A stretch of 32,000 nt of DNA from Mycolicibacterium smegmatis (GTDB lineage Bacteria > Actinomycetota > Actinomycetes > Mycobacteriales > Mycobacteriaceae): NCBI RefSeq assembly GCF_001457595.1, contig NZ_LN831039.1, forward strand, positions 4,230,001 to 4,262,000, read 5' to 3'. Position numbers and translations under genes: made by a program. Under the pieces are notes generated by a model, which searched no databases, was not told the origin of the DNA, and saw nothing but the letters and a program-made list of their open reading frames with translations. Positions 1 to 8,273 of the stretch are shown here, piece by piece (position 1 is the stretch's first letter; each line of letters starts with the position of its first letter).

Positions 1-1192
1 TACCGGTGACGCACTTGTCGATCAGTGTGCGGCACGCGCGATCGAGGTGCGTCAAAGACTGGAACAGGCTGTGAGCGATGATCGGTTCGAACGCGTTCAA
101 CTGCAGCTGACCGGATTCCGCGGCCATGCTGACAGCCACGTCACAACCCACGATCTCGAAGGCGACCTGATTGACGACTTCGGGGATGACGGGGTTGACC
201 TTCCCTGGCATGATGCTCGACCCCGGCTGCACGGCAGGCAGATTGATCTCATTGAGGCCCGCCCTCGGCCCCGACGACAACAGTCGGAGGTCGCTGCAGA
301 TCTTTGACAACTTCAACGCGGTCCGCTTGAGGACACCCGACACCTGGACGAACGCCCCGACGTCCTGCGTCGCCTCGACGAGATCGTGGGCGGTCGACAA
401 GGACAGACCGGTGACGGCCGTCAGCTTCTCGCATACCAGGTCCGCGTAGCGGGGATGCGAGTTCAACCCGGTTCCGATGGCCGTGCCGCCCAGACTGATC
501 TCACAGATCAGTTGCGCGGCCTCCCCCAGCCGATCGGCGTCTTCACCGACCATCACCGCGTACGTCCCGAACTCCTGACCGAGTGTCATCGGGACGGCGT
601 CCTGCAACTGGGTGCGCCCCATCTTCAGGATGTCCTTGAACTCCTCGGCCTTGACCCCGAACGCCGCCGAGACACGGCGCAATGTGGTTACGAGCGCCGC
701 GAGCTGCTCCTGCAGTGCGATCTTGATCGCGGTCGGATAGACGTCGTTGGTGCTCTGACTCATGTTGACGTGTTCGAGCGGGTGCAGCTCGGAGTAGTCA
801 CCGCGAGCGAAACCGAGTATTTCCAGAGCACGGTTCGCAATGACCTCGTTGGCGTTCATGTTCGTCGAGGTGCCGGCACCGCCCTGAATCGCATCGACCA
901 CGAAGTGTTCGTGCAGTCGGCCGGCACGGATCTCGTCACAGGCTGCGGCGATCGCGCCCGCGCGGCGGCCGTCGAGTAGTCCGAGCTCCTGATTTGCTTC
1001 GGCGGCAGCACGTTTCACCGCTGCCAGCGCTCCGACGAATTCCGGATACGCCGCGACCGTGACGCGTGAGATGGAGAAATTCTCCACCGCACGCGCGGTG
1101 TGGATCCCGTAATAGGCGTCGCCGGGAACCGAGAGTGCACCCAGTGAGTCGTACTCGATCCGCGGCGCCGTCGTCGGCGCTGTCACCGCCAT
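1..1192 (-). CDS. aspartate ammonia-lyase family protein (class II fumarase/aspartase superfamily); 3' end runs off the window
   Basis: Absent from the ORF track because no stop lies inside the window. My reverse translation from ATG 1190-1192 reads MAVTAPTTAPRIEYDSLGALSVPGDAYYGIHTARAVENF...GGAGTSTNMNANEVIANRALE...SQSTNDVYPTA...GSSIMPGKVNPVIPEVVNQVAFEIVG. This contains the GSSxMPxKxNP signature loop with the aspartase-type NPV(I/M)PEV continuation. The frame is open to position 1. A GTG at 1184-1186 is an alternative start giving a GTGA overlap with the upstream stop. Confidence 0.85.
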   Translation of the reverse strand, partial: MAVTAPTTAPRIEYDSLGALSVPGDAYYGIHTARAVENFSISRVTVAAYPEFVGALAAVKRAAAEANQELGLLDGRRAGAIAAACDEIRAGRLHEHFVVDAIQGGAGTSTNMNANEVIANRALEILGFARGDYSELHPLEHVNMSQSTNDVYPTAIKIALQEQLAALVTTLRRVSAAFGVKAEEFKDILKMGRTQLQDAVPMTLGQEFGTYAVMVGEDADRLGEAAQLICEISLGGTAIGTGLNSHPRYADLVCEKLTAVTGLSLSTAHDLVEATQDVGAFVQVSGVLKRTALKLSKICSDLRLLSSGPRAGLNEINLPAVQPGSSIMPGKVNPVIPEVVNQVAFEIVGCDVAVSMAAESGQLQLNAFEPIIAHSLFQSLTHLDRACRTLIDKCVTG

Positions 1193-1734
1193 GTGTCAGC
1201 GGGCCGAGCCTGCGCGGCGGCGGGCAGCCCCTCGTAGAATCCGTCGGTGGCGCACGTGGTCAGTTCCAGCTGCATCCCCCAGGGAGACTTGAAATAGAAC
1301 CACCGCTGCCCGGCGACGGGCGCCTGCGGATCGACGCCATTGGGGCCCTCTTGCACCACCACGCCGGGAATGGACCTGACGTAGTCATAACCCGCGTCGA
1401 TGTCGTCGACATAGAACGCCAGATGATGGCCACCCACGTCGCTGTTGCGGGGCAGCCGGGTGTTGCGATCCGGTGCCTCGTACTCGAACAGTTCCACATT
1501 GTGGTGCTTGCCGATCCGGATCATCGCGATGGTGCACTGCGCCAACTGATCGACGTCGAGCCGGCGTCGCATACCGTCACCGTCCTCGTCTCGGAGCGGT
1601 CCGTCGCGGTAGATCAGCTCGGCACCGAAGTGATCGACGAAGAACGCCACCGCCGCCTCGAGGTCCGGCACCGTGTACGCGACGTGGTCAACCGCTCGAA
1701 GGGTCGGTACCCGTGGTTCTTTGATCTCGCCCAT
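1183..1734 (-). CDS. VOC (glyoxalase/bleomycin-resistance/extradiol dioxygenase) family protein, 183 aa
   Basis: ORF-track protein has the VOC pattern: LRAVDHVAYTVPDLEAAVAFFVDHFGAE near the N-terminus and GGHHLAFYVDDIDAGYDYV in the second half. It starts with ATG 8 nt after the HisD-like stop. Its stop overlaps the aspartase-like start. Confidence 0.75.
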   Translation of the reverse strand: MGEIKEPRVPTLRAVDHVAYTVPDLEAAVAFFVDHFGAELIYRDGPLRDEDGDGMRRRLDVDQLAQCTIAMIRIGKHHNVELFEYEAPDRNTRLPRNSDVGGHHLAFYVDDIDAGYDYVRSIPGVVVQEGPNGVDPQAPVAGQRWFYFKSPWGMQLELTTCATDGFYEGLPAAAQARPADTWR

Positions 1735-1742
1735 GCCGCCGC

Positions 1743-3077
1743 CTAGATCTGCGCGGGCGCGTCGACGACGAAACGGTGCCCGGTCCAGGGCAGCTCGTCA
1801 CCGCCGAACTTGGCGGCACGGACATCAGCGGAACGCGCGTGCCCCTCGAAGTTCTCCAGCCGCGACGCTCGACCGCAGATGCGGCCGAGTTCGGCGCTGG
1901 ACGCCGCGTCCTCGATCTCCTGGTAGGTCACGGTCTTCAAGAACTTGCCTACCCACAGACCGCCGGTGTAATTCGCCGCGCCCAGTGTGGGGAGGACATG
2001 GTTCGTTCCGATGGCCTTGTCGCCGAACGAGACACATGTCTTCTCGCCGAGGAACAGAGCGCCGTAGTTGCGCATCTCGGCCAGTGCCCGCCTGGGCTCT
2101 TCGGTGAGGATCTGCACATGCTCACTGGCGTAGCGGTCCGCGAGCCCGAAGGCGTCTTCGAGCGAGTCGACGACGTGCACCTCGCCGTGGTTGTCCCATG
2201 ACACCGCGGCGATGTCGTTGGTTGGCAGGTTCTGCAACTGCCGTGCGACCTCGGCGATCGTCCCGCGCCCCACCCGCTCCGAGGTGGTGATCAGGACCAC
2301 CGGCGAATCCGGGCCGTGCTCGGCCTGGCTCAACAGGTCTGCCGCAACCACAAAAGGATCGGCGCTCTCGTCGGCGATGATGAGGACCTCTGTCGGTCCG
2401 GCGAACAGATCGATGCCCACCTCGCCGAACAACTGCCGTTTGGCTTCTGCCACGTAGGCGTTCCCCGGGCCGGTCAGCAGGTTGACCGGCGCGATGGTCT
2501 CGGTGCCGAGTGCCAACGCCCCGATCGCCTGGACGCCGCCGAGGACATAAATCTCGTCGGCCCCGGCCAGATGCATCGCCGCCACGCTGATGGCCGGAGC
2601 GCTGCCTTGATTGGGCGGCGTTGTCGCGGCAACTCGTTCCACGCCGGCGACCTTCGCGGTGACCACGGTCATGTGCGCTGATGCGGTGAGCGGATACCGG
2701 CCACCGGGCACGTAGGCACCGGACGCGGTGACAGGCACGTGCCTGTGTCCGAGTTTCACACCCGGCAACGTCTCGATCTCGATGTCAAGCATCGAATCGC
2801 GCTGCGCCTGAGCGAAGTTACGTACCTGCCGCTGCACGAAGGTCAGGTCTTCGATCACGGTGACCGGAAGGTCCGACACGATCTTGGCGACGTCGGCATC
2901 GCTGAGGCGGAATGACGACGGGGTCCACTCGTCGAACTGCTCGGAGTATCGGCGCACCGCCGCATCACCGTTGTCCCTGATGTCGGCGAGAACCCGCGCA
3001 ACCGTCTCGATGACCTGAGGGTTGCTCTTGTGTGGCGCGCCGACCGTGGTGGTCGGGGCCTTGAGGGTGACCGGCAC
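1743..3077 (-). CDS. histidinol dehydrogenase (HisD) family paralogue, 444 aa; substrate unknown
   Basis: HisD hallmarks are present: LLSQAEHGPDSP, GDKAIGTNHVLPT, GGLWVGKFLKTVTYQ and a C-terminal EGHARSADVR. It has a GTG start preceded by AAGGAGA. It sits in an accessory operon, not a his operon. Confidence 0.85.
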   Translation of the reverse strand: MPVTLKAPTTTVGAPHKSNPQVIETVARVLADIRDNGDAAVRRYSEQFDEWTPSSFRLSDADVAKIVSDLPVTVIEDLTFVQRQVRNFAQAQRDSMLDIEIETLPGVKLGHRHVPVTASGAYVPGGRYPLTASAHMTVVTAKVAGVERVAATTPPNQGSAPAISVAAMHLAGADEIYVLGGVQAIGALALGTETIAPVNLLTGPGNAYVAEAKRQLFGEVGIDLFAGPTEVLIIADESADPFVVAADLLSQAEHGPDSPVVLITTSERVGRGTIAEVARQLQNLPTNDIAAVSWDNHGEVHVVDSLEDAFGLADRYASEHVQILTEEPRRALAEMRNYGALFLGEKTCVSFGDKAIGTNHVLPTLGAANYTGGLWVGKFLKTVTYQEIEDAASSAELGRICGRASRLENFEGHARSADVRAAKFGGDELPWTGHRFVVDAPAQI

Positions 3078-3223
3078 GGCTCGTATCTCCTTGACCTATC
3101 GATGATTTGAAGCGCCGACGCGATCCGTGTCTGTGACGCCTTACCAGTGTGTCCTCGCACAGCACCGCGAGAACAGACACACTTTGTGCGATGGCCCCAT
3201 GCAATCATGCACACCTTGCACCG

Positions 3224-4411
3224 TTACCGGCGTACCGCGGGGGCCGACAGGGCGCACACGAGGACCGCGGCCAGCGGCAGGGCGAAAGCCGCGCTCAGAC
3301 TCGTGAGCTCCGCCAGCCAGCCCACCAGCCCAGGCCCAGCGAGGATGGCCAGATAGCCGACACCGACGACCAACGACAGCCGACGAGCCGAACCGTCGCC
3401 GAGATTGCCTGCGGCGGAGAACACTTGCGGTATGCCGCCTGCGATTCCGAGGCCGGTCAATGCCCAGCCGAACAGGACGAGAGGCAGCATCGTCGTGCAG
3501 ATCACGATCGTCAGGCCCGTGACGGCCACCGCTGCGCCGGCCCTGACGATCAGCACCGGTCCGTACTCGGCGGCCAGGCGGTCGATGCAGAACCGCCCGA
3601 CCGTCATAGCCCCGACGAACGCTCCGAAGGCCAATGCGCCCAACGTGGGCGTCTCACCTAGTTCTCGCTGGGCGTGCATGCTGCTCCAGTCCATGGCGGC
3701 GCCCTCGGCGAGAAAGAACAGGAAGGCGAGCAAACCCAGCACCGCCACCCGCCCCCGTCCGGTGGTCGGCGGTTCATCGCGGTGCACGGCGTCGTCGGAG
3801 TTGCGGGCCGGAGGCACCGCCGCTGGCAGATGCGGTCCGCATCGCCACAGCGCCGCTGCGGCGGCAGCGACGATCACCAGGCACACGGCCGAGGCGAACA
3901 CCGCCGTGGTGAGGGTCGTGGCGTGCAGGGCGAACGCCCCTGCGCTGAGCAGGGAACCAACCAGGGTGCTCAGTGAGAACACCCCGTGAAACGACGCCAG
4001 CAACGGCCGCCCGTACAGCCGTTCCGCGATGACAGCCGCGGCGTTGATGGCCACTTCGGCAGACCCCGTGGCCAATCCCAGCACGAACGCGCCCACGGCT
4101 GCCCCCTGTCTGCTGGTGGCGGCGAGCGGAGCGATGAGCGCCACGGCCATCGCCGCAACGGTGACGATCGCCACCCACCGGGGGCCGTACCGGTCGGCGA
4201 TCCTGCCGGTGAGCTGCATGCCGGCGACCGCGCCCGAGCCGAGAATCAGCAGGAGGGTCCCCAGCATCGACGTCGACATCTTTGTTGCAGTCTGCAATGC
4301 GGGTAGATGCACGGCCCAGGTCGACAGCACGATGCCGAACGTCGCGAACAATCCGTAGACAGCCATGCGGTACGTCAGCTGGGCGCGGCGCCTAGACAGC
4401 ACAGTGTTCAC
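3224..4411 (-). CDS. MFS transporter, 395 aa
   Basis: The protein is hydrophobic throughout with roughly 12 helix-length segments and a central charged loop (RNSDDAVHRDEPPTTGRG). The N-terminal half contains GRIADRYGPR (MFS motif-A-like). The GTG at 4411 has a weak SD, and ATG at 4366 is an alternative start. Confidence 0.8.
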   Translation of the reverse strand: MNTVLSRRRAQLTYRMAVYGLFATFGIVLSTWAVHLPALQTATKMSTSMLGTLLLILGSGAVAGMQLTGRIADRYGPRWVAIVTVAAMAVALIAPLAATSRQGAAVGAFVLGLATGSAEVAINAAAVIAERLYGRPLLASFHGVFSLSTLVGSLLSAGAFALHATTLTTAVFASAVCLVIVAAAAAALWRCGPHLPAAVPPARNSDDAVHRDEPPTTGRGRVAVLGLLAFLFFLAEGAAMDWSSMHAQRELGETPTLGALAFGAFVGAMTVGRFCIDRLAAEYGPVLIVRAGAAVAVTGLTIVICTTMLPLVLFGWALTGLGIAGGIPQVFSAAGNLGDGSARRLSLVVGVGYLAILAGPGLVGWLAELTSLSAAFALPLAAVLVCALSAPAVRR

Positions 4412-4461
4412 TACAGTCGGAGGCCCTTTGCCCAGGCGGAGGCGCCCGATGTCGCGCGAGC

Positions 4462-6474
4462 TCAGACCGTCACCGGGATTCTCCGCGCGGCCCGCTCACC
4501 CTCATGCACCGCCTCCATCATCGTTCGACTGGCGATGGCATCACCGATCCGGACGACGCTGGCACCGGCCGCCTTGAGGCCGAAGTAGAGGTCGTCGACC
4601 GGCCGGTGCCACCCCGCGAGAATCACCGTGTCCAGCGATTCGAGAACCGATGCCCGTCCCTGTTCGGTGATGTGCACTGTAGGCCCGTGGATCGCCGTCA
4701 CCGTACTGAACGGATGAGTTGTCATGCCGGACTTGTGCACTCGCGGCACGGCCAGGTTGGCACTGAACGGGCCGAGCTTCGCGCCGACGTACGGCAGCGG
4801 CGTGACGAACTCGACATCGCGCCCCTCGTCGCTGAGCTGCAACGCGAGCCCGATTCCCTTCCATCCGCCCTCGCCGTCGTCGACGATGAGTACCCGCTGA
4901 CCTACCGGCTGCTCCGCTTCGAGAACGTCCCACACGGAGAGCACGTGTTCCTGGTCCAGCCCGGGCGTGAAACCGATGCCCTGCGCGAGGTTGCCGACAA
5001 TGTCGTGGCCGGGTGCCGAGCCGGTCGCCACGATCGCGTGGTGGGGATCCAGCGCCACAATCTCCTCGGCCGTCGGCGACTGCGCCAGTCTCAGATCGAC
5101 CCCGTACTTGGCGATCATCACGTCGAGGTGATCGACGACGCCGCCGATCTCCTGGCGCCCCTTGATTTTCGCGGCGATGCGCAGCTGGCCACCCGTGTGG
5201 CCGCGACGCTCGAACAGAATCACCTCATGGCCCTGACGAGCGGCGACTTCGGCGGCCTTCATGCCGGCAGGGCCCGCGCCCACGACGACAACACGCCGCC
5301 GCACGGAGGCCTGCAGCAGGGTCCCGATGCCGAGTTCGAGTTCGTAGCCGGCGGCCGGGTTGTGCACACACGTGGAATGTGTGACGTTGAACAGACGGTC
5401 GATACACCCCTGATTACAGCCGATGCAGCGTCGGATCTCGTCGAGGCGCCCCTGCTTCATCTTGTTGACCGTTTCCGGGTCCGCAATCTGCTGACGTGTC
5501 ATCGCCACCATGTCCGCATGGCCGAGTGCCAGGATGTCGGCGGCGTCACCGGGATCGTTGATGCGGCCGACGGCGATCACCGGCACGTTGACCACCGCCT
5601 TGACGGCGGCGGCCAGTTCCTCCCAGATCCGCTTCGGGTGCTGCATGTCCGGCACGTTCTGGTGCGCCTCGTTGTAGGTCGCGGCTTTGACGCAGATGTA
5701 GTCGATCTTGCCGGTGGCGTCGATGGCCCTGGCAATCTCCTGAGCATCCCCGACCTCGAGGCCGCCGGGGCTGAAGTCGTGCCCCTGCAGGTTGATACCG
5801 ACCAGAAAGGCCGGCCCCACCTCGTCGCGAACCGCGTCAATGACCCGCATCACGAAGCGCATGCGGTTCTCCAGTGAGCCCCCGTACTCGTCGGTGCGGT
5901 GGTTCGAGAACGGCGAGAGGAAGGATGCCAGCAGGTATCCGCCGTAGCCGGAATGGATTTCGACACCGTCCATGCCGCCTTGTTTGGCGTGGCGCGCGCC
6001 GATGGCGTGTGCGGCGACGATCTCGTCGATATCCTCGATCTCCATCGCCTTGGGCATCTCGAGGTTGAACGGGCACGGCGTGTTCGACGGCGACCAAAGG
6101 GCCCGCTCGGTGAAGGTCGAATGCCCCTGTCGACCACCATGACCGAGTTGCATGACGATTTTTGCGCCGTGTTCGTGCACCGCGTCAGTGATCTTTCGCA
6201 GGCCCGGCACAATCTCCGGCAGCCACGACCGCGGCTCCCCCGGCACGTCCTGGGAGGTCGGGTGGATCTGCGGGAATGCCATACCGATCAGACCCACACC
6301 ACCGATGGCACGCTCGCGGTAGTACGCGACATGCTGATCGGTGGGAAGGTAGTCCTTTGCCATTCCCGTGCCGTGGCCGGTCATCACCACGCGGTTGCGG
6401 ATCTCGACGTTGCCGAGCGTGATCGGTTCGAACAGCGGTGCCAAGGTGGGGTCGGTGCCTGCGGTCACGGTCAC
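4462..6474 (-). CDS. OYE-like FMN / 4Fe-4S / FAD-NAD(P) oxidoreductase (2,4-dienoyl-CoA reductase / 2-enoate reductase family), 670 aa
   Basis: The N-terminal region looks like an old-yellow-enzyme TIM barrel (LFEPITLGNVEIRNRVVMTGHGTGMA). It has the Cys cluster RRCIGCNQGCIDR...STC, followed by the dinucleotide fold VVVVGAGPAGMKAAEVAARQGHEVILFE. The Cys used for covalent FMN in the amine dehydrogenases of this family is absent. GTG start with AAGGAG 7 nt upstream. Confidence 0.85.
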   Translation of the reverse strand: MTVTAGTDPTLAPLFEPITLGNVEIRNRVVMTGHGTGMAKDYLPTDQHVAYYRERAIGGVGLIGMAFPQIHPTSQDVPGEPRSWLPEIVPGLRKITDAVHEHGAKIVMQLGHGGRQGHSTFTERALWSPSNTPCPFNLEMPKAMEIEDIDEIVAAHAIGARHAKQGGMDGVEIHSGYGGYLLASFLSPFSNHRTDEYGGSLENRMRFVMRVIDAVRDEVGPAFLVGINLQGHDFSPGGLEVGDAQEIARAIDATGKIDYICVKAATYNEAHQNVPDMQHPKRIWEELAAAVKAVVNVPVIAVGRINDPGDAADILALGHADMVAMTRQQIADPETVNKMKQGRLDEIRRCIGCNQGCIDRLFNVTHSTCVHNPAAGYELELGIGTLLQASVRRRVVVVGAGPAGMKAAEVAARQGHEVILFERRGHTGGQLRIAAKIKGRQEIGGVVDHLDVMIAKYGVDLRLAQSPTAEEIVALDPHHAIVATGSAPGHDIVGNLAQGIGFTPGLDQEHVLSVWDVLEAEQPVGQRVLIVDDGEGGWKGIGLALQLSDEGRDVEFVTPLPYVGAKLGPFSANLAVPRVHKSGMTTHPFSTVTAIHGPTVHITEQGRASVLESLDTVILAGWHRPVDDLYFGLKAAGASVVRIGDAIASRTMMEAVHEGERAARRIPVTV

Positions 6475-6543
6475 GGGCGTGCTCCTTGTGTGCGGGATCG
6501 AGCGGCATGCGTGGGCTGCACGCGGCCGCCGAAAGGGCAGGGG

Positions 6544-8109
6544 TCAGTTGGTCAGGGCGCCGGAATGGCCAAGGCGCAGCGACAGGGCCGCCGCGGTGAT
6601 GGCGGGATTGACGGCCCCGGACGAGCAGAAGGTCGACGTGTCGGCGATCCACAGGTTGTCGAGGTCATGGGCTTTCAGGTTCGCGTCGACCACACTGGCG
6701 GTCGGATCGTCACCCATGCGTGCGGTACCGCACTGGTGTGACGTCGCCTCGACCCCGAGACTTCGCGTGAGCACCACCGGGAAGCCGGCTTTGCGGACAA
6801 CCTTTTTCATACGGCGGATGAGCTCATGGTGCGCGGCGAGATTGGTCTCCCTGCGAAAGAGGCTGATCTGACCGTTGGGCCGGAGAGTCACTCGGTTCTC
6901 GGGAAGCGGGAGGTCTTCGGTCTGGATGAACAGGTCGAGTGTGTACTTGGTGACCTCGTCGAGGATGGGCATCGGCACCCAAGGTTTGCCCATCTTGGCT
7001 TGTGGGCCGCGCAGTTTGCCGAGCCCCTGGACGTTGCCCAGCGGGTAGATGTTGCCGGGCCCGGCCTCGTACCAGTCGTTGATGCCGATCGTCTTCTGGT
7101 AGACGGCCTCGTTCTTGCGCCGCGGATCGACAGCGAGGAAGAACGTGGTGATGTGCGCCATGTAATTGCGCCCCACCTGGTCCGACGAGTTCGCCAGCCC
7201 GCGGCGGTGTTGATCGGAGGCGGAGCGTAACAGCAGCGCCGCGGTGTTGACTGCGCCGCAGGACAACACGAATCTGTGCGCGCGGACCTCTATTCGGCGG
7301 TCGTGATGACGGATCTGCGCGGCCGCGACGGTCTTCCCGTCAGGGCTGGTGACCAGTCTCACGACTTCGGCGTTGGTGAGAAGCTCGACATTCCTGGTCT
7401 TCGCGGCGAGCGCGGGACGGACCGCCGAGACGTCGGCGTCGCCCTTCGCCTCGACCATGCACGCGAAGGAGTCGCAGGTGTCACACAGGACGCAGCCGCC
7501 ACCAGGCCGGTAATCGAGCGCTTGAGGAGCCGAAAAGGGATGCAGGCCCTGCTTTCTGGCGCTCTCGGCGAGCCTGGCCATCGCTCCCTCGTGCGGCAGG
7601 CCCGGGTAGGGATAATCGGTGGACCGCCAAGGATCCGTCGGGTCCTCTCCCTTGTTGCTGTGCACCCAGAACATTTGCTCGGCTTCGCCGTAGTACGGCT
7701 CGAGGTCGGCGTAGTCGATGGGCCATGCGGGCGACAGTCCGTCTGCGTGCTCGATCGGCCCGAAGTCGCATTCGCGGAAGCGGGGCAACGTCGCCCCATA
7801 CAGCTTGGTGCTGCCGCCGACGTAGTGGTAGTTGCCGGGTGTGAAATTCTTGCCTGTCGCCGCGTCGTGCCACGACGCGGAGTTCTTGTATCTCCCCTCG
7901 GTGTGTACGGCGTCGAAGGACCAGTTCTCGCGTTCGACGGGGAGGAAGTCGCCCTGTTCCACTATGAGAACTCGAATTCCCTTGTCGCGCAATGCGTAGG
8001 CCAGGCAGCCACCGCCCATGCCGGAACCGATGATGGCCACGTCGGTTTCCACGACGTCGGGAGGATCGGAGATGATCTGCGACTGTAATGCCGCACGCGA
8101 AGGTATCAC
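6544..8109 (-). CDS. GMC-family FAD oxidoreductase, paralogue 1, 521 aa
   Basis: N-terminal FAD fold DVAIIGSGMGGG. The C-terminal substrate domain contains HQCGTARMG and ends in the GMC-like NPAITAAAL. By eye it is about 55% identical to the protein at 13114-14697. Confidence 0.85.
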   Translation of the reverse strand: MIPSRAALQSQIISDPPDVVETDVAIIGSGMGGGCLAYALRDKGIRVLIVEQGDFLPVERENWSFDAVHTEGRYKNSASWHDAATGKNFTPGNYHYVGGSTKLYGATLPRFRECDFGPIEHADGLSPAWPIDYADLEPYYGEAEQMFWVHSNKGEDPTDPWRSTDYPYPGLPHEGAMARLAESARKQGLHPFSAPQALDYRPGGGCVLCDTCDSFACMVEAKGDADVSAVRPALAAKTRNVELLTNAEVVRLVTSPDGKTVAAAQIRHHDRRIEVRAHRFVLSCGAVNTAALLLRSASDQHRRGLANSSDQVGRNYMAHITTFFLAVDPRRKNEAVYQKTIGINDWYEAGPGNIYPLGNVQGLGKLRGPQAKMGKPWVPMPILDEVTKYTLDLFIQTEDLPLPENRVTLRPNGQISLFRRETNLAAHHELIRRMKKVVRKAGFPVVLTRSLGVEATSHQCGTARMGDDPTASVVDANLKAHDLDNLWIADTSTFCSSGAVNPAITAAALSLRLGHSGALTN

Positions 8110-8273
8110 GAGAAAAAGCTCCCTGGGCTGAAAGTGGGATTGTCCCCGTATCTGTTGGGCAGGTCACTCAACGGTACGAATGGTCAGCGGGGCTGGACAG
8201 ACTCAGGGTGTGCAGTCTGCGCCCGCCCGCAGCACAGGGTGTGCAACTCGGATGTGGGTTGCGCTCAGTGACG

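Noticed and set aside
3127-3180. An inverted repeat GTGTCTGT ... ACAGACAC between the MFS and HisD-like genes, considered as an attenuator or terminator.
   Set aside because: The stem is only 8 bp with a 38-nt loop and no U-tract, which is too weak to call. It could equally be an internal promoter or operator, and nothing in the sequence distinguishes these.
6463-6474. The identical GGTCACGGTCAC sequence at two gene starts (OYE-like 6463-6474 and hisG 22516-22527).
   Set aside because: Both simply encode M-T-V-T from GTGACCGTGACC. There is no further similarity in the flanks, so this is coincidental.
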